37,326 bases of DNA from Bacteroidia bacterium (GCA_049242065.1 JBMLPO010000256.1:1-37326), one strand, 5' to 3'. Shown: positions 26,280 to 36,672, counted from the stretch's first letter. A program made the numbers and translations. Notes: generated by a model from the letters alone, not told the origin.

Positions 26280-29200
26280 ATGGTTTCTCGTGAAATTAGA
26301 TTTTTAAAAATTCTCTCTTGGCTCTGCATCGCCAATGGGGTTTGTTTTGCCTCAATTGAGTTATTTTTAGGTAACTATTTCAATGTACTCGTAACTGGAC
26401 TGTCAATTATTCTAGGATTGGGTGTGGCTTTTTTTGTTTGGAGAAATCAAGCAAATTATGCAATCAACTTTTTTAGAATAGGCATATTGTTGCTTTTCTA
26501 CATTTTCGATTCAGGTTTTGAAGTAAATACGGGCTCTTATTTGTTTTATGTTCCCTTCATCATGATTGGTTATTTATATGAAGGAAAGAACTTAAAGTTA
26601 ACAAAGATTTTAAGTTTGCTAGGGTCTATATTATCCATTTTAGCAGTTAACTTTTTCTGTTCTCCAAAACTTGCTTCTTTATATATTAGTGATACAGTAA
26701 CAACAGAAAAACTATTTTTTATTAACCTGTTTTTTTCTGTTTTCTCTAGCATCGTAATTCTTGAATATTTTACAAGATCCAAAAAACAAGTAAGTGAAGA
26801 CCTAGAGCAAAACCAAGCTAATTATAGCGCTTTAGTTGATAATACACAAGATCAAATTTGGGCAATCGATACCAAATACAGATTACTTTCTTTTAACCAT
26901 AATTATCGAATAGCATTTGAAAGTTATTGGAAAAAAAGTCCAAAACTAGGTATGAATATCATGGAAGATAATTCCATCCCTGTGGTATTCGATTATTGGA
27001 AAGGACTTTATGATAAAGCCTTGTCCGGTATTCAGTTTAAAGAAGAACAATCGTATGATTATGGGGGTAAAACAAATTACCTTGAATTCACTTTCGTTCC
27101 TGTATTTAATAACCAAAAAGTAAGTGGTGTTGTTATTTCTGGTAAAGATATTTCAGATATCAGAAATAGGGAAGAGGAGCTCAAAACCTATGCCCAGAAT
27201 TTGAATTTAATGTTGAGCTCAACGGGTGATATTATATTTGAATTGGATGAAAATGGAATATGTATCAGGGTATGGCACGCAAAAGAAGTTGAACTAGTTG
27301 AATCTGTTAATTATTTTATAGGAAAATCTGTCAAAGAGCTATTCGATGATAAGTTCAAAACAAGATTAGCTGATCAATTTAATCAGGTACTCCGAACCAA
27401 GCAAAGCAGAAATTATGAATACAGTCATGAGTTCAGAGGTGAGCTTCGACATTATTCTTGTAAAATAAAGTTCATCAACAATTATGAGCCAATTCGTATT
27501 GCAATCGTTTTAGAAGACATCACAGATAAGAAAGATGTTGAAATCAGACAAGCTCGTCAAAGTCTTTTCTTAAATAAATTGATTGACCATATCCCTCTTG
27601 GAATCTATGTAAAGAGTGTAAATGATAATTATGCATATACGCTTTGGAATCGAGAATTAGAACTCTTATTAGACCTACCACAGTCGAAGGTAATTGGAAA
27701 AACCGATGCTGAAATCTTTTCTTCACTTGCTCAAATTAAGCAGTTCAATGAGGGTGATATTGAGGTCACACAAACTGCCGATCCACTTACTATCAATAAC
27801 CTTGAAATTAATTTAGGTTTTAAAAAGATTACAGCAAGAAATTTCAAAATTCCAATACTTGATGCATCTGGTAAGGTGGAATTGATTATTGGAATTCTTG
27901 AAAACATTTCAGACATCATACATGTACAGCAAGAACTTGAACTCGCAGAAAAACGTTGGCAGTATGCTTTGACGGGTAGTCGTGATGTGGTATGGGATGT
28001 AAACATCATTACTGGAGAAATTTATTACTCCCCACTCTTTAAAGAGATGTTGGGTTTTCAAGAATCAGAAAATCCAGTTTTGATTTGGGAAGAGCTCATT
28101 CACCCCGACGATTTTAAATCAACTTGGTTAAACTACCAACAGCACATGAAGGGTTTAACGCCTTATTTTGAAGCTGAATACAGATTGAAAAAGAAGGATG
28201 GAACTTATCTCTGGATTTTAGATAGAGGTCGCGTAGCAGAGCGTTCTGAAAATGGAGAGGCATTAAGAATTATTGGAACATTCCATGATATCACGTACAA
28301 GAAAAATCTAGAGGAACAACTCATTAGCGCCAAAGAAAAAGCCGAAGAAGCCTCTAAGGCAAAGGGTTTGTTTTTATCTACCATGAGTCATGAAATCAGA
28401 ACCCCAATGAATGCAGTGAATGGTATCATCAGATTGCTCATTCAAGATGAACCAGCTTCTCATCAATTGGAAAACTTAAAAGCACTCAAATTTTCTTCAG
28501 AACAATTGATGTTTTTATTGAATGATATCCTTGATTTTAGTAAGATAGAAGCAGGCAAATTAGAAAAAGATGAACGAAACTTCAGGCCAGAGGAATTGTT
28601 CCGTAACATTGTTCAAACCATGAGCAACCAGGTGGAGGATAAACCCGTAAAAGTTAGTTTGAATTTTGATGGCGATATTCCTACATTCCTCAAAGGTGAT
28701 CGACATAGGTTAGGCCAAATTCTTAGTAATCTTCTTTCTAATGCCATTAAGTTTACTGAACGGGGAGAGGTGATTATCAACTTTAGATTTCCTGTTCTTA
28801 ATGATTCTAAATACTTACTCTATTGTGAAGTTAGCGATACGGGTATTGGAATTGAGGAAGAAAAATTGGCTCATATTTTCGAATCATTTACTCAGGCCTC
28901 ACATGAAACTTCTAGAAAATTTGGAGGCACAGGATTGGGCTTAGCTATCTCTAAAAAGCTGGTAGAATGGTTAGGTGGGAGCATTGGGGTTGAAAGCAAA
29001 ATTGATGTGGGTACTCGTTTCTGGTTCCAAGTTCCAATCAATAAGGGTGAAGACAATTATGCAAATATTCGTGATAAGGATAATGAGCAGATTCACTTTA
29101 AGCCCTTATATAATTTTAAGATTTTGATTGTTGAAGACAACAAAATGAATGTGTTTGTAATCGAAAGATTTTTAAAGAAATGGGAGCTAGATTTCCAGAT

Positions 29201-29483
29201 TGCAACAAACGGAAAAGAAGGTATTAATGCTGTTCTTGAAGGCCAATTTGACTTAATCTTAATGGATTTACAAATGCCGGAAATGGATGGATTTGAAGCA
29301 ACCAAAATCATTAGGAACATGGGTTATGATATTCCAATTTTTGCTCTTACCGCCAATGTTTTCTCAGATGTAAAAGATAAGGTAGTTGAATCAGGTATGA
29401 ATGATTATATCAGTAAACCATTTAATCCAAATGAGCTTTATTCTAAGATACAGGCACAATACAATTTAAAATTTGGAAACTAA
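26280..29483 (+). CDS. Hybrid sensor histidine kinase/response regulator: 6-TM N-terminal domain, about 4 PAS/PAC domains, HisKA, HATPase_c, REC
   Basis: Six hydrophobic helices in aa 1-165. PAS-like repeats include LVDNTQDQIWAIDT.., SSTGDIIFELDENG.., IDHIPLGIYVKS.., and LTGSRDVVWDVNIITGE..DG.YLWILDRG. The H-box is STMSHEIRTPMN (His704 codon 28389-28391). The N, G1 and G2 boxes are LSNLLSNAIKFT, DTGIGI and GGTGLGLAISKKLVE. The REC domain reads ILIVEDNKMN..LILMDLQMPEMDG (Asp996 codon 29265-29267)..ALTAN..KPF. No HPt domain is present. Confidence 0.9.
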   Translation: MVSREIRFLKILSWLCIANGVCFASIELFLGNYFNVLVTGLSIILGLGVAFFVWRNQANYAINFFRIGILLLFYIFDSGFEVNTGSYLFYVPFIMIGYLYEGKNLKLTKILSLLGSILSILAVNFFCSPKLASLYISDTVTTEKLFFINLFFSVFSSIVILEYFTRSKKQVSEDLEQNQANYSALVDNTQDQIWAIDTKYRLLSFNHNYRIAFESYWKKSPKLGMNIMEDNSIPVVFDYWKGLYDKALSGIQFKEEQSYDYGGKTNYLEFTFVPVFNNQKVSGVVISGKDISDIRNREEELKTYAQNLNLMLSSTGDIIFELDENGICIRVWHAKEVELVESVNYFIGKSVKELFDDKFKTRLADQFNQVLRTKQSRNYEYSHEFRGELRHYSCKIKFINNYEPIRIAIVLEDITDKKDVEIRQARQSLFLNKLIDHIPLGIYVKSVNDNYAYTLWNRELELLLDLPQSKVIGKTDAEIFSSLAQIKQFNEGDIEVTQTADPLTINNLEINLGFKKITARNFKIPILDASGKVELIIGILENISDIIHVQQELELAEKRWQYALTGSRDVVWDVNIITGEIYYSPLFKEMLGFQESENPVLIWEELIHPDDFKSTWLNYQQHMKGLTPYFEAEYRLKKKDGTYLWILDRGRVAERSENGEALRIIGTFHDITYKKNLEEQLISAKEKAEEASKAKGLFLSTMSHEIRTPMNAVNGIIRLLIQDEPASHQLENLKALKFSSEQLMFLLNDILDFSKIEAGKLEKDERNFRPEELFRNIVQTMSNQVEDKPVKVSLNFDGDIPTFLKGDRHRLGQILSNLLSNAIKFTERGEVIINFRFPVLNDSKYLLYCEVSDTGIGIEEEKLAHIFESFTQASHETSRKFGGTGLGLAISKKLVEWLGGSIGVESKIDVGTRFWFQVPINKGEDNYANIRDKDNEQIHFKPLYNFKILIVEDNKMNVFVIERFLKKWELDFQIATNGKEGINAVLEGQFDLILMDLQMPEMDGFEATKIIRNMGYDIPIFALTANVFSDVKDKVVESGMNDYISKPFNPNELYSKIQAQYNLKFGN

Positions 29484-29493
29484 TTAAGGCGAC

Positions 29494-29856
29494 TTATTTT
29501 CTTCCGATAACCAAAACCAAAGCTACACTCATTGCACCTATTGCATTGGCTAACATGTCTGCATAATCAAAACTTCTATAAATAAGAAATGCACCTTGTA
29601 TGAACTCAATAATTATTCCATACAAGGAGCTGAATAGGCCCGCTATCCAATAATTTCTCCTACTCCAATTGTTCAGATCGATTCCAATAATCAAGCTATA
29701 GGTCATGATAGCAAACATGCTAAAATGAACAAATTTATCAGGACCAATATCCCAGTTCACTTCAATACTGGGCAGATTGCTTGGATTCATAATACATAAT
29801 CCAAATATGCAAACTGCCCAGATGATTGCCCATTTAAAGGCAAATATTATTTTCAT
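29494..29856 (-). CDS. VanZ-family membrane protein
   Basis: 120 aa with 4 TM helices. VanZ-like motifs are [16 protein letters not shown] and [13 protein letters not shown]. The start ATG overlaps the pgk stop as ATGA on the minus strand (29853-29856). Confidence 0.6.
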   Translation of the reverse strand: MKIIFAFKWAIIWAVCIFGLCIMNPSNLPSIEVNWDIGPDKFVHFSMFAIMTYSLIIGIDLNNWSRRNYWIAGLFSSLYGIIIEFIQGAFLIYRSFDYADMLANAIGAMSVALVLVIGRK

Positions 29857-31073
29857 TCTTGTGCTAAAACTGCTGCAATACCTGGTAAGGTTTTGCCTTC
29901 AAAATATTCTAGTAAGGCTCCTCCACCTGTACTTACATAACTTACTTCATTCTCAAATCCAAATTTAGCTACAGCTGCTGCGCTATCTCCTCCACCTATT
30001 AAGCTAAATGCTCCATTCTTGGTTGCTTCTGCTACGGCAATGGCAATGGCTTTTGTTCCTTTTTCATAATGACTCATTTCAAAAACACCCATTGGTCCAT
30101 TCCATAATATGGTTTTAGAATTTCTTACTACTTCAGCAAAACTGCCAATGGCTTTTTCACCAATATCCAATCCCATCCAGCCTTTGTCTATTTGTTTGTT
30201 ATCACAATTCTTATGGTTGGCTTCATTACTAAATGCATCAGCTACTATTGAGTCTTCAGGTAACAACATTTTAACGCCTCTTGCTTCTGCTTTTTTCAAT
30301 AACTCAAGACATAAATCTAATCTATCGACTTCACATAAACTCGAGCCAATTTCATAACCTTGTGCTTTAAGAAAAGTATAAGCCATGCCGCCTCCAATAA
30401 TGAGGTTGTCTACTTTTTCAATTAAGTTCTCAAGGATTAATAATTTATCAGAAACCTTTGCTCCTCCTGTTATTGCAGTAAATGGCCTTTCTGCGTTTTT
30501 CATTACTTTCTCTGCGTTAGCAACTTCTTTTGCCATTACATATCCAAAGCAACTGTTTCCCGGGAAGAATTTTGCAATAATGGCTGTTGATGCATGGGCT
30601 CTATGTGCTGTTCCAAATGCATCATTTACCCAGATATCACCCAGTTTGCTCAGTTTTTCAGCGAATGCTTCATCACCTTTTTCTTCTTCTTTATAAAAGC
30701 GCAAATTATCCAATAACAATACTTCTCCAGCTTTTAATGCTGATGCCATTTGTGCGGCTTCTTCTCCTATGCAATCTCCACCCCATTTGGCTTCTGTTCC
30801 AAGTAATCCAGATAAGGTACTGAGTACATTTTTTAAACTGTGTTTTTCATAATCAACAGTCCCGTCTTCTTTTAATTTTTTTAGGGGTCTGCCTAAGTGA
30901 CTCATCAAAACACATGAACCTCCATCATTTAAAATCTTTTTTAAACTTGGAATGGTAGCACGGATGCGCGCATCATCTGTTACTTCCAATGTTTTTTTGT
31001 CTAATGGAACATTGAAGTCAACTCTTACCAATGCTCTTTTTCCGGAGAAATTAAAATTGTCTATGCTAATCAT
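29853..31073 (-). CDS. pgk: Phosphoglycerate kinase
   Basis: The N-terminus [15 protein letters not shown], then [49 protein letters not shown] and GGGDSAAA are canonical PGK motifs. Confidence 0.95.
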   Translation of the reverse strand: MISIDNFNFSGKRALVRVDFNVPLDKKTLEVTDDARIRATIPSLKKILNDGGSCVLMSHLGRPLKKLKEDGTVDYEKHSLKNVLSTLSGLLGTEAKWGGDCIGEEAAQMASALKAGEVLLLDNLRFYKEEEKGDEAFAEKLSKLGDIWVNDAFGTAHRAHASTAIIAKFFPGNSCFGYVMAKEVANAEKVMKNAERPFTAITGGAKVSDKLLILENLIEKVDNLIIGGGMAYTFLKAQGYEIGSSLCEVDRLDLCLELLKKAEARGVKMLLPEDSIVADAFSNEANHKNCDNKQIDKGWMGLDIGEKAIGSFAEVVRNSKTILWNGPMGVFEMSHYEKGTKAIAIAVAEATKNGAFSLIGGGDSAAAVAKFGFENEVSYVSTGGGALLEYFEGKTLPGIAAVLAQE

Positions 31074-31095
31074 AATACTTTGGGTTAAAGTGCTC

Positions 31096-31103
31096 CAAAT
31101 GTA
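31096..31103 (-). promoter_or_regulatory. Candidate -7 promoter box (minus strand TACATTTG) for pgk
   Basis: The plus strand reads CAAATGTA, an exact reverse complement of TAnnTTTG. It lies 22 nt upstream of the pgk ATG (31073). Confidence 0.4.
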
Positions 31104-31232
31104 GCCAATCCAAGATGAATAAATTGTTTTTCCTTTAAAGATTTGATGAAAATCAGGTTTAAATGGCAGCGAATACCGCTCGAATTTTGCTTTTCGCCAA
31201 ATTCCTTTATTTTTAAAAATTAATTTATTCGT

Positions 31233-32438
31233 ATGGTAAGAAACTTACTCTTCATTATTTGCTTTCAATTTGTTTTTGTTTTCGCAGGAACAGCTCAGGT
31301 TCGTTACCTAGATCCAATTTTTGATAGTGCCAGTGTTTTACCTAATGAAAAATATGGTCAAGCTGTCAATTACCAAGGTCAAACACAAGATTTATTTCTT
31401 GATTTTTATTATGGGTTAAATGATACTTTTACTTCAAGACCTTTGTTAATTTTAGCCCATGGCGGTTCATTTATTCAGGGGAATAAGGCTTCTGCTGATA
31501 TTGTGAAGGTGGCTAAAGAAATGGCAAAAAGAGGATATGCTGTTGCTTCTATTCAATACCGTTTAGGTGTGAATATTGCTGGTATTGGAGGCTTAACCCA
31601 AGAGTTTACTCATGCTGTTTGGCGCGGTACACTAGATGGTAGAGCTGCTGTTAGATTTTTTAGAAAGAGTTTTGAAAATGGCAATCCTTATGGAATTGAT
31701 ACTTCACGTATCTATGTAGGTGGTATTTCTGCAGGTGGTGTTTTAGGTTTACATATGCAATGCCTCGATTTACCTTCAGAGGTGGCAATGGCTAAGGTAG
31801 ATACCAATGCAATTGGTGGTATTGAAGGCAATAGCGGAAATCCTGGTTATAGTTATAGAGCCAAAGGTGTGATTTCTCTTTGTGGTGCTTTATCTAATGT
31901 TTCTTGGATGGAAAACAATAAGTCATTGAAATTAATTTCTATGCATGGTACCAATGATCAAACAGTACCTTATGCTTCAGATTATTTTAAATTCTTTGGC
32001 AATCCGATTGGTTTCTTACAAGGAAGTTATAGTGTTGATTCTGCTGCAAAAATCATGGGCATTACCTCTGCTTTTTATACTTTTTATGGTGCAGATCATG
32101 TGCCTTTTTCAACCAATGCAGTCTATATGGATACCACCATTAAGTTTGTAAGTCATGAATTATACAAACAGTTAACAGGCTTAATTCCTTCTTCTATTCA
32201 AGAGTCAAATACGAGTGAAATCAGCGTTTATCCAAACCCTGCTTCTAGCAGCATTCAGCTAAATGGATTTCAGTCCGCTGTTAGTTATGAAATCTATTCA
32301 TTAGATGGGAAACAAATTCAAAAAGGTATTTCTTCTCCTGATTTAAGCATTTCAATTGATTCCATCAATCCAGGAGTTTATGTGCTTCATCTCTTCAGTC
32401 AAAATCAATCTTTCACCAAAAGAATGGTTATAGAATAA
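31233..32438 (+). CDS. Secreted alpha/beta-hydrolase (carboxyl/feruloyl-esterase-like) with a T9SS C-terminal sorting domain
   Basis: Signal peptide [22 protein letters not shown]. Oxyanion-hole HGG (LAHGGSF), nucleophile elbow GGISAGG (GxSxG), and Asp/His candidates [10 protein letters not shown] and GADHVPF. The C-terminal 77 aa form a T9SS type-A CTD. Confidence 0.8.
   Translation: MVRNLLFIICFQFVFVFAGTAQVRYLDPIFDSASVLPNEKYGQAVNYQGQTQDLFLDFYYGLNDTFTSRPLLILAHGGSFIQGNKASADIVKVAKEMAKRGYAVASIQYRLGVNIAGIGGLTQEFTHAVWRGTLDGRAAVRFFRKSFENGNPYGIDTSRIYVGGISAGGVLGLHMQCLDLPSEVAMAKVDTNAIGGIEGNSGNPGYSYRAKGVISLCGALSNVSWMENNKSLKLISMHGTNDQTVPYASDYFKFFGNPIGFLQGSYSVDSAAKIMGITSAFYTFYGADHVPFSTNAVYMDTTIKFVSHELYKQLTGLIPSSIQESNTSEISVYPNPASSSIQLNGFQSAVSYEIYSLDGKQIQKGISSPDLSISIDSINPGVYVLHLFSQNQSFTKRMVIE
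32205..32435 (+). other. T9SS (Por) type-A C-terminal sorting domain of the esterase
   Basis: The domain reads [15 protein letters not shown]....[14 protein letters not shown]......[29 protein letters not shown]. This matches the usual vYPNPa...l / d..Gk.v / l..GvY.l.i....kkl.i pattern. Confidence 0.75.
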
Positions 32439-32788
32439 TGCCTAAAAAGTTTTTTAAAGTATATGATTTTGCGGAACATGGTAAAGACCCGCAAGCTGTT
32501 CATTCTGTTAGAACAATAGATATCGAAGGTAAAAGAATTTGTTTGGTTCGATTACCCGATGCCTATTATGCAATAGATGATACTTGTCCGCATGCTGGTG
32601 CTAGATTAGGTCTTGGTAAATGCGATGAAAATGGAATGGTTGTTTGTCCAATTCACCGTTATAAATATGATGCCAAAACAGGAAAAGGACTTCCTCATCA
32701 GGGTGATTTTGTGAATACTTATGCGGCAGAAACTAGAGAAGATGGTGTGTATGTGGCGCTCGATAAAAAATGGTGGCAAGTTTTTTAA
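32438..32788 (+). CDS. Rieske [2Fe-2S] domain protein (NirD/ferredoxin-subunit-like)
   Basis: The cluster ligands CPHAGARLGLGKCDENGMVVCPIHRYKYD match CxH...CxxH. Length is 116 aa with no signal peptide. The ATG shares one nucleotide with the esterase stop (TAATG at 32436-32440). Confidence 0.85.
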   Translation: MPKKFFKVYDFAEHGKDPQAVHSVRTIDIEGKRICLVRLPDAYYAIDDTCPHAGARLGLGKCDENGMVVCPIHRYKYDAKTGKGLPHQGDFVNTYAAETREDGVYVALDKKWWQVF

Positions 32789-32797
32789 TTCCTAAAT

Positions 32798-33541
32798 ATG
32801 CAAGATTGGGTTTTTAATTACATGAATGATACCACTCCTTTTTACCAATGGAGTTTATCTCATTTCATGGCATTGGGTGTTTCATTATTGGCCATCCTCT
32901 TCATTCCTTGGTATAGCAAAAATTACCTTAACCCAAGGCAACAACAAAATGTGGGTTCATTTATCGGAATTAGCATTACACTGAGTTTGCTTGTTTGGAA
33001 TTTGTTGAATTATTTGGCAGGTACCTATTCACTGCAAGAAGACCTTCCTCTGCAATTATGTAGGTTTTCAAACCTAACTATTTTCTTAGTGATGGTTTAT
33101 AGAAAACAATGGTGGTTTGAAATCTTATATTTCTGGGCTTTGGGAGGAATGTTACAAGCAAGTATTACACCTGATTTACAAGAAAACTTTCCCCACTTTT
33201 TGTACTTCAGATATTGGTTAGGTCATACAGGAATGATTTTGGCTATTGTTTATGCATGCGTAGTTTATGGGATGCGTCCACAGGTTAAACATATCTGGAA
33301 AGCTATGATTGGTATCAATGTGTTTCTTGTATTTGCAGCCATCGTCAATTATACCCTTGATGCCAATTATTTTTGGATATGTGGGAAACCACCTTCAGCA
33401 AGTATTTTAGATTATCTAGGTCCTTGGCCTTATTATGTTTTCTTTGCTGAATTTGTGGCTTTGGCGAATTTTATTGCTGCTTATATTCCTTGGTGGATCA
33501 TGGATGCTTTGAATAAAAATACAGCCAGTAAAAATGAGTAA
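32798..33541 (+). CDS. Integral membrane protein, YwaF / TIGR02206-like family
   Basis: About 7 TM helices. The segments LPLQLCRFSNLTIFL, YFWALGGMLQASITPD and FRYWLGHTGMILAIVY resemble my memory of the TIGR02206 (TP0381/YwaF) family. Confidence 0.55.
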   Translation: MQDWVFNYMNDTTPFYQWSLSHFMALGVSLLAILFIPWYSKNYLNPRQQQNVGSFIGISITLSLLVWNLLNYLAGTYSLQEDLPLQLCRFSNLTIFLVMVYRKQWWFEILYFWALGGMLQASITPDLQENFPHFLYFRYWLGHTGMILAIVYACVVYGMRPQVKHIWKAMIGINVFLVFAAIVNYTLDANYFWICGKPPSASILDYLGPWPYYVFFAEFVALANFIAAYIPWWIMDALNKNTASKNE

Positions 33542-34304
33542 AAAGTCTTTACTTGTTTTACTGTTTATCATGCACTGCTCTTCTAGTTTGCTCTATGCTG
33601 TGTCTTTCCATAAAGAATCTACCAATGGTTTACATACTTTCTATTCCACTGCATACAGAAGGGATCATTTTTCATTTTCTTTTGGACCTAGTCTTGTTCG
33701 ACTCCGTCTAGAGGGTTCTGGTCCTTATAATTTAAATGCCATGGTGAAATCAAAATGGAATGTTGCCAACTCTATTTCATTTTCAGCATTCCGCCAATTT
33801 AATCCTATACAATTTAGAACCGATTTCAAAATAGGTTATGGTTTAAGATACCATCAAATGAATGCTACTTCATTTCTTGAACAGAACTTCTCAACTGGAC
33901 TTCAAGAAGTATATGATTTTCAATTCAAGTTTCAGGCTTTGGAATTACCACTTTATGCGCGGTATAAGTTCTATCAAAAGAAATTTACAATGAGTGTTTC
34001 AGCTGGTGCTTCATTTGTAATCATGTTAAATAAGAAAGATCAATTGCACTACCGTGAATACTATCTAGGTAATGAAAAAAGAAATGAAACTACCGGTGCT
34101 GTATACCTCAATAGATCCTCTGGAGAGGGCATGATGTCGAGCTGCTTCAATGCCTTTGGATCTATTAGCCTTGATTTTCCTTTTTTAGATGACCAATTGA
34201 TTTTTACTGAAGTGACTTATTGTCCTTATTCAAACATGGCTAATTCAAATCAAGTTTCCATGTATCCAGTTTTTACAGATTGGCATGTAGGAATTAGGTT
34301 TTAA
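33534..34304 (+). CDS. Outer-membrane beta-barrel protein (PorT/porin-family-like), function unknown
   Basis: The N-terminus MSKKSLLVLLFIMHCSSSLLYA is signal-like. Beta-strand periodicity is present, along with an LELPLYARYKF motif and the terminal aromatic HVGIRF. It overlaps the upstream gene by 8 nt. Confidence 0.45.
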   Translation: MSKKSLLVLLFIMHCSSSLLYAVSFHKESTNGLHTFYSTAYRRDHFSFSFGPSLVRLRLEGSGPYNLNAMVKSKWNVANSISFSAFRQFNPIQFRTDFKIGYGLRYHQMNATSFLEQNFSTGLQEVYDFQFKFQALELPLYARYKFYQKKFTMSVSAGASFVIMLNKKDQLHYREYYLGNEKRNETTGAVYLNRSSGEGMMSSCFNAFGSISLDFPFLDDQLIFTEVTYCPYSNMANSNQVSMYPVFTDWHVGIRF

Positions 34305-34347
34305 GAACTTGTAAGTTTTCTTTCTAAAATTTTCCTAATTTTACCTA

Positions 34348-36672
34348 ATGGCAGATGATTGGAAAATACTCAATGATAAACTCAATCTATTAATCAGAGA
34401 ACAAGAGAGATTTCAAACTGAAATCAAATCTTTGAAATCACAGATAGATAAACTCAAACCCAAAGAGGAGGTTTTACCAGTAATTGCCGTATTTGATTCA
34501 AACGATCCAATTGTTAGATCTGAACCGATTGCCCAGCTTAAGCTTGAAACCATTCCAGTTGCTCAAGTTCCTTCTTCAAATAAATCGAATAAACCCAGTT
34601 CTGATTTGAATAAAAAGTGGGAGAAATTTATTGGAGAGAATTTAATTAGTAAAATAGGAATAGTAATACTTATTCTTGGTGTAGCAATAGGAGCCAAGTT
34701 TGCCATCGACCATGATTTAATCAGTCCCTTAACTCGAATTATTTTAGGATATACAATGGGTTTTGGTTTATTGGCTTTTGCATTTAAACTGAAAGTAAAA
34801 TACGAGCAATTTAGTGCAGTATTATTAAGCGGTTCAATGGCCATTAATTACTTTCTTACTTATGCAGCTTATAGCTTGTACAACTTATTCCCACAAGAGC
34901 TAGCATTTCTACTCATGGTAATTTTTACTGTGTTTACAGTACTGGCCTCCCTAACCTATAACTTACAATTGATTGCCCATATCGGTTTGATTGGTGCCTA
35001 TGCAGTTCCTTTTTTATTGAGTAATGGTTCAGGTAAAGTTGCAATATTATTTAGCTATATGGCCATTATTAATTTGGGTATATTATTCATTGCTTATAAA
35101 CGCTTTTGGAAATTATTATACCATGTAGCATTTGTATTAACTTGGCTCATTTATGCATCTTGGTTTGTTTTCTCCTATCAACAAGAAAACCACCAATGGC
35201 TTGCTTTGGGTTTTGCAAGTTTGTATTTCATCACTTTTTATGGAATGTTTCTGGTTTATAAACTTATCGAAAATGAAAAGTTTGAACCCAAACATGTATT
35301 ACTCATCGTTAGTAATTCCTTTATTTATTTTGGCTTTGGTTACCAAATATTGGATAGCCACTATAGTACCAATGATTTTTTAGGTTTGTTCACTGCTGTT
35401 AATGGTTTAATACATTTCATTGTTTCTTATCAAATTCAAAAACGTGATTTAGCAGATAAAAATTTATTCGTGATGCTCATGGGTATGGTGCTGGTTTTTA
35501 TTTCCATTGCCATTCCAATTCAACTCGATGGCAACTGGGTAACCTTGTCGTGGGCTGCCGAAGCTACTTTGCTTTTTTACATAGGAAGAAGTCGAAGAGT
35601 GGCAATTTATGAATGGCTTTCTTATGCTGTAATGATTTTGTTTGCGTTTTCTATTCTTCAAGATTGGAGAACCATGTTGAATGAAATAAAGCTAGGTCAG
35701 AGCTTGGTTAGCTTGGTTATGAATACCTATTTCATGGTAGGTTTTTTGGCTTCAATTGCATTTGGTTTCATCAATTATTTTCATTCAAAATTTGAATTCG
35801 ATTCTGTTCAAACCAAAGAATACAAACAGTTAAGAAATATTTTTCTGCCCGCTTTATTCGTGATGGTTTCTTTTGGATGTATTGCCATGGAAATTGTGAA
35901 TTACTGGAATACCATCATGTATAATTACTTGGTTCATCACAACGAATTTTTATATGATTCTATCATGAACCCGATGATTGATGCAGTGAGATTTAAGAAT
36001 ATTTGGTTGATTAATTTTGCTGCATTTTATTGTTTGATTGTATCTAGAATGGCAGTGAAAATGGAGCTGAAAGCAACTTATCATTATGTAATTCCAGTAC
36101 TCAATGCACTTGTTATTTTCCTGTTTTTAATGGTTTCTCTTTTCGAATTCAGTGAGCTGAGGGAGGCTTATTTACTTCGATTTACGCCGAGTACTCATAT
36201 TTACTTCCCCTATAGTTTGGCTATTAGGTATATCAGTTTTGTATTTATTGTTCCTTTGGTTTATTATACCAATAAATTAAGTAAAAGTGATTTCATTCCT
36301 CAAGCATTTCATTGGATAGGTGATTTATTTAAACACCTCTTCATTCTATGGCTTGCCAGTTCAGAGATGTTACATGTGATGGATATGATTCACATGGAGG
36401 GTTCTTATAAATTAAGTTTAAGTATTCTTTGGGGTATCTATGCATTGATACTTGTTTTTATTGGAATCAATCATGCCCATAAGCATTTACGTTATGCAGC
36501 TATTTCTTTGTTTACTTTTACTTTACTTAAATTGTTTTTCTATGATATTTCAGGATTGAATACCATAGGGAAAACCATAGTGTTTGTTTCTTTGGGAATT
36601 CTGTTATTACTGATTTCATTTCTTTACAACAAGAATAAATCCAATTTATTTGATGATGAAAAGGAGGCTTAA
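34348..36672 (+). CDS. DUF2339-family polytopic membrane protein
   Basis: The N-terminal coiled coil is MADDWKILNDKLNLLIREQERFQTEIKSLKSQIDKLKPKEE, followed by a linker and then more than 20 hydrophobic helices over about 680 aa. The architecture matches my recollection of DUF2339. No search was run. Confidence 0.65.
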   Translation: MADDWKILNDKLNLLIREQERFQTEIKSLKSQIDKLKPKEEVLPVIAVFDSNDPIVRSEPIAQLKLETIPVAQVPSSNKSNKPSSDLNKKWEKFIGENLISKIGIVILILGVAIGAKFAIDHDLISPLTRIILGYTMGFGLLAFAFKLKVKYEQFSAVLLSGSMAINYFLTYAAYSLYNLFPQELAFLLMVIFTVFTVLASLTYNLQLIAHIGLIGAYAVPFLLSNGSGKVAILFSYMAIINLGILFIAYKRFWKLLYHVAFVLTWLIYASWFVFSYQQENHQWLALGFASLYFITFYGMFLVYKLIENEKFEPKHVLLIVSNSFIYFGFGYQILDSHYSTNDFLGLFTAVNGLIHFIVSYQIQKRDLADKNLFVMLMGMVLVFISIAIPIQLDGNWVTLSWAAEATLLFYIGRSRRVAIYEWLSYAVMILFAFSILQDWRTMLNEIKLGQSLVSLVMNTYFMVGFLASIAFGFINYFHSKFEFDSVQTKEYKQLRNIFLPALFVMVSFGCIAMEIVNYWNTIMYNYLVHHNEFLYDSIMNPMIDAVRFKNIWLINFAAFYCLIVSRMAVKMELKATYHYVIPVLNALVIFLFLMVSLFEFSELREAYLLRFTPSTHIYFPYSLAIRYISFVFIVPLVYYTNKLSKSDFIPQAFHWIGDLFKHLFILWLASSEMLHVMDMIHMEGSYKLSLSILWGIYALILVFIGINHAHKHLRYAAISLFTFTLLKLFFYDISGLNTIGKTIVFVSLGILLLLISFLYNKNKSNLFDDEKEA

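Noticed and set aside
29853-29856. The ATGA stop/start overlap coupling pgk to a VanZ-family membrane protein, considered as a functional link.
   Set aside because: Four-nucleotide overlaps are frequent in this compact window (menA/menC shows the same), and I see no mechanistic connection. It is recorded in the feature evidence only.
31165-31198. A slightly GC-richer patch with two small adjacent hairpins (AGCG-AATAC-CGCT and CGAA-N8-TTCG) in the pgk/esterase divergent intergenic region.
   Set aside because: The stems are only 4 bp. The patch lies between the two putative divergent promoters, so it is probably not transcribed. It is too short for a riboswitch or sRNA. It could be an operator site, but there is nothing to support that.
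36661-36667. A perfect Shine-Dalgarno-like AAGGAGG at the DUF2339/DUF3999 junction.
   Set aside because: It lies downstream of the ATGs (36653 and 36656) that precede the signal peptide, and no canonical start codon follows it in frame within 5-10 nt. Other genes in the window lack SD sequences, as expected for Bacteroidota. It is most simply the codons for K-E-A in one gene and K-R-R in the other.
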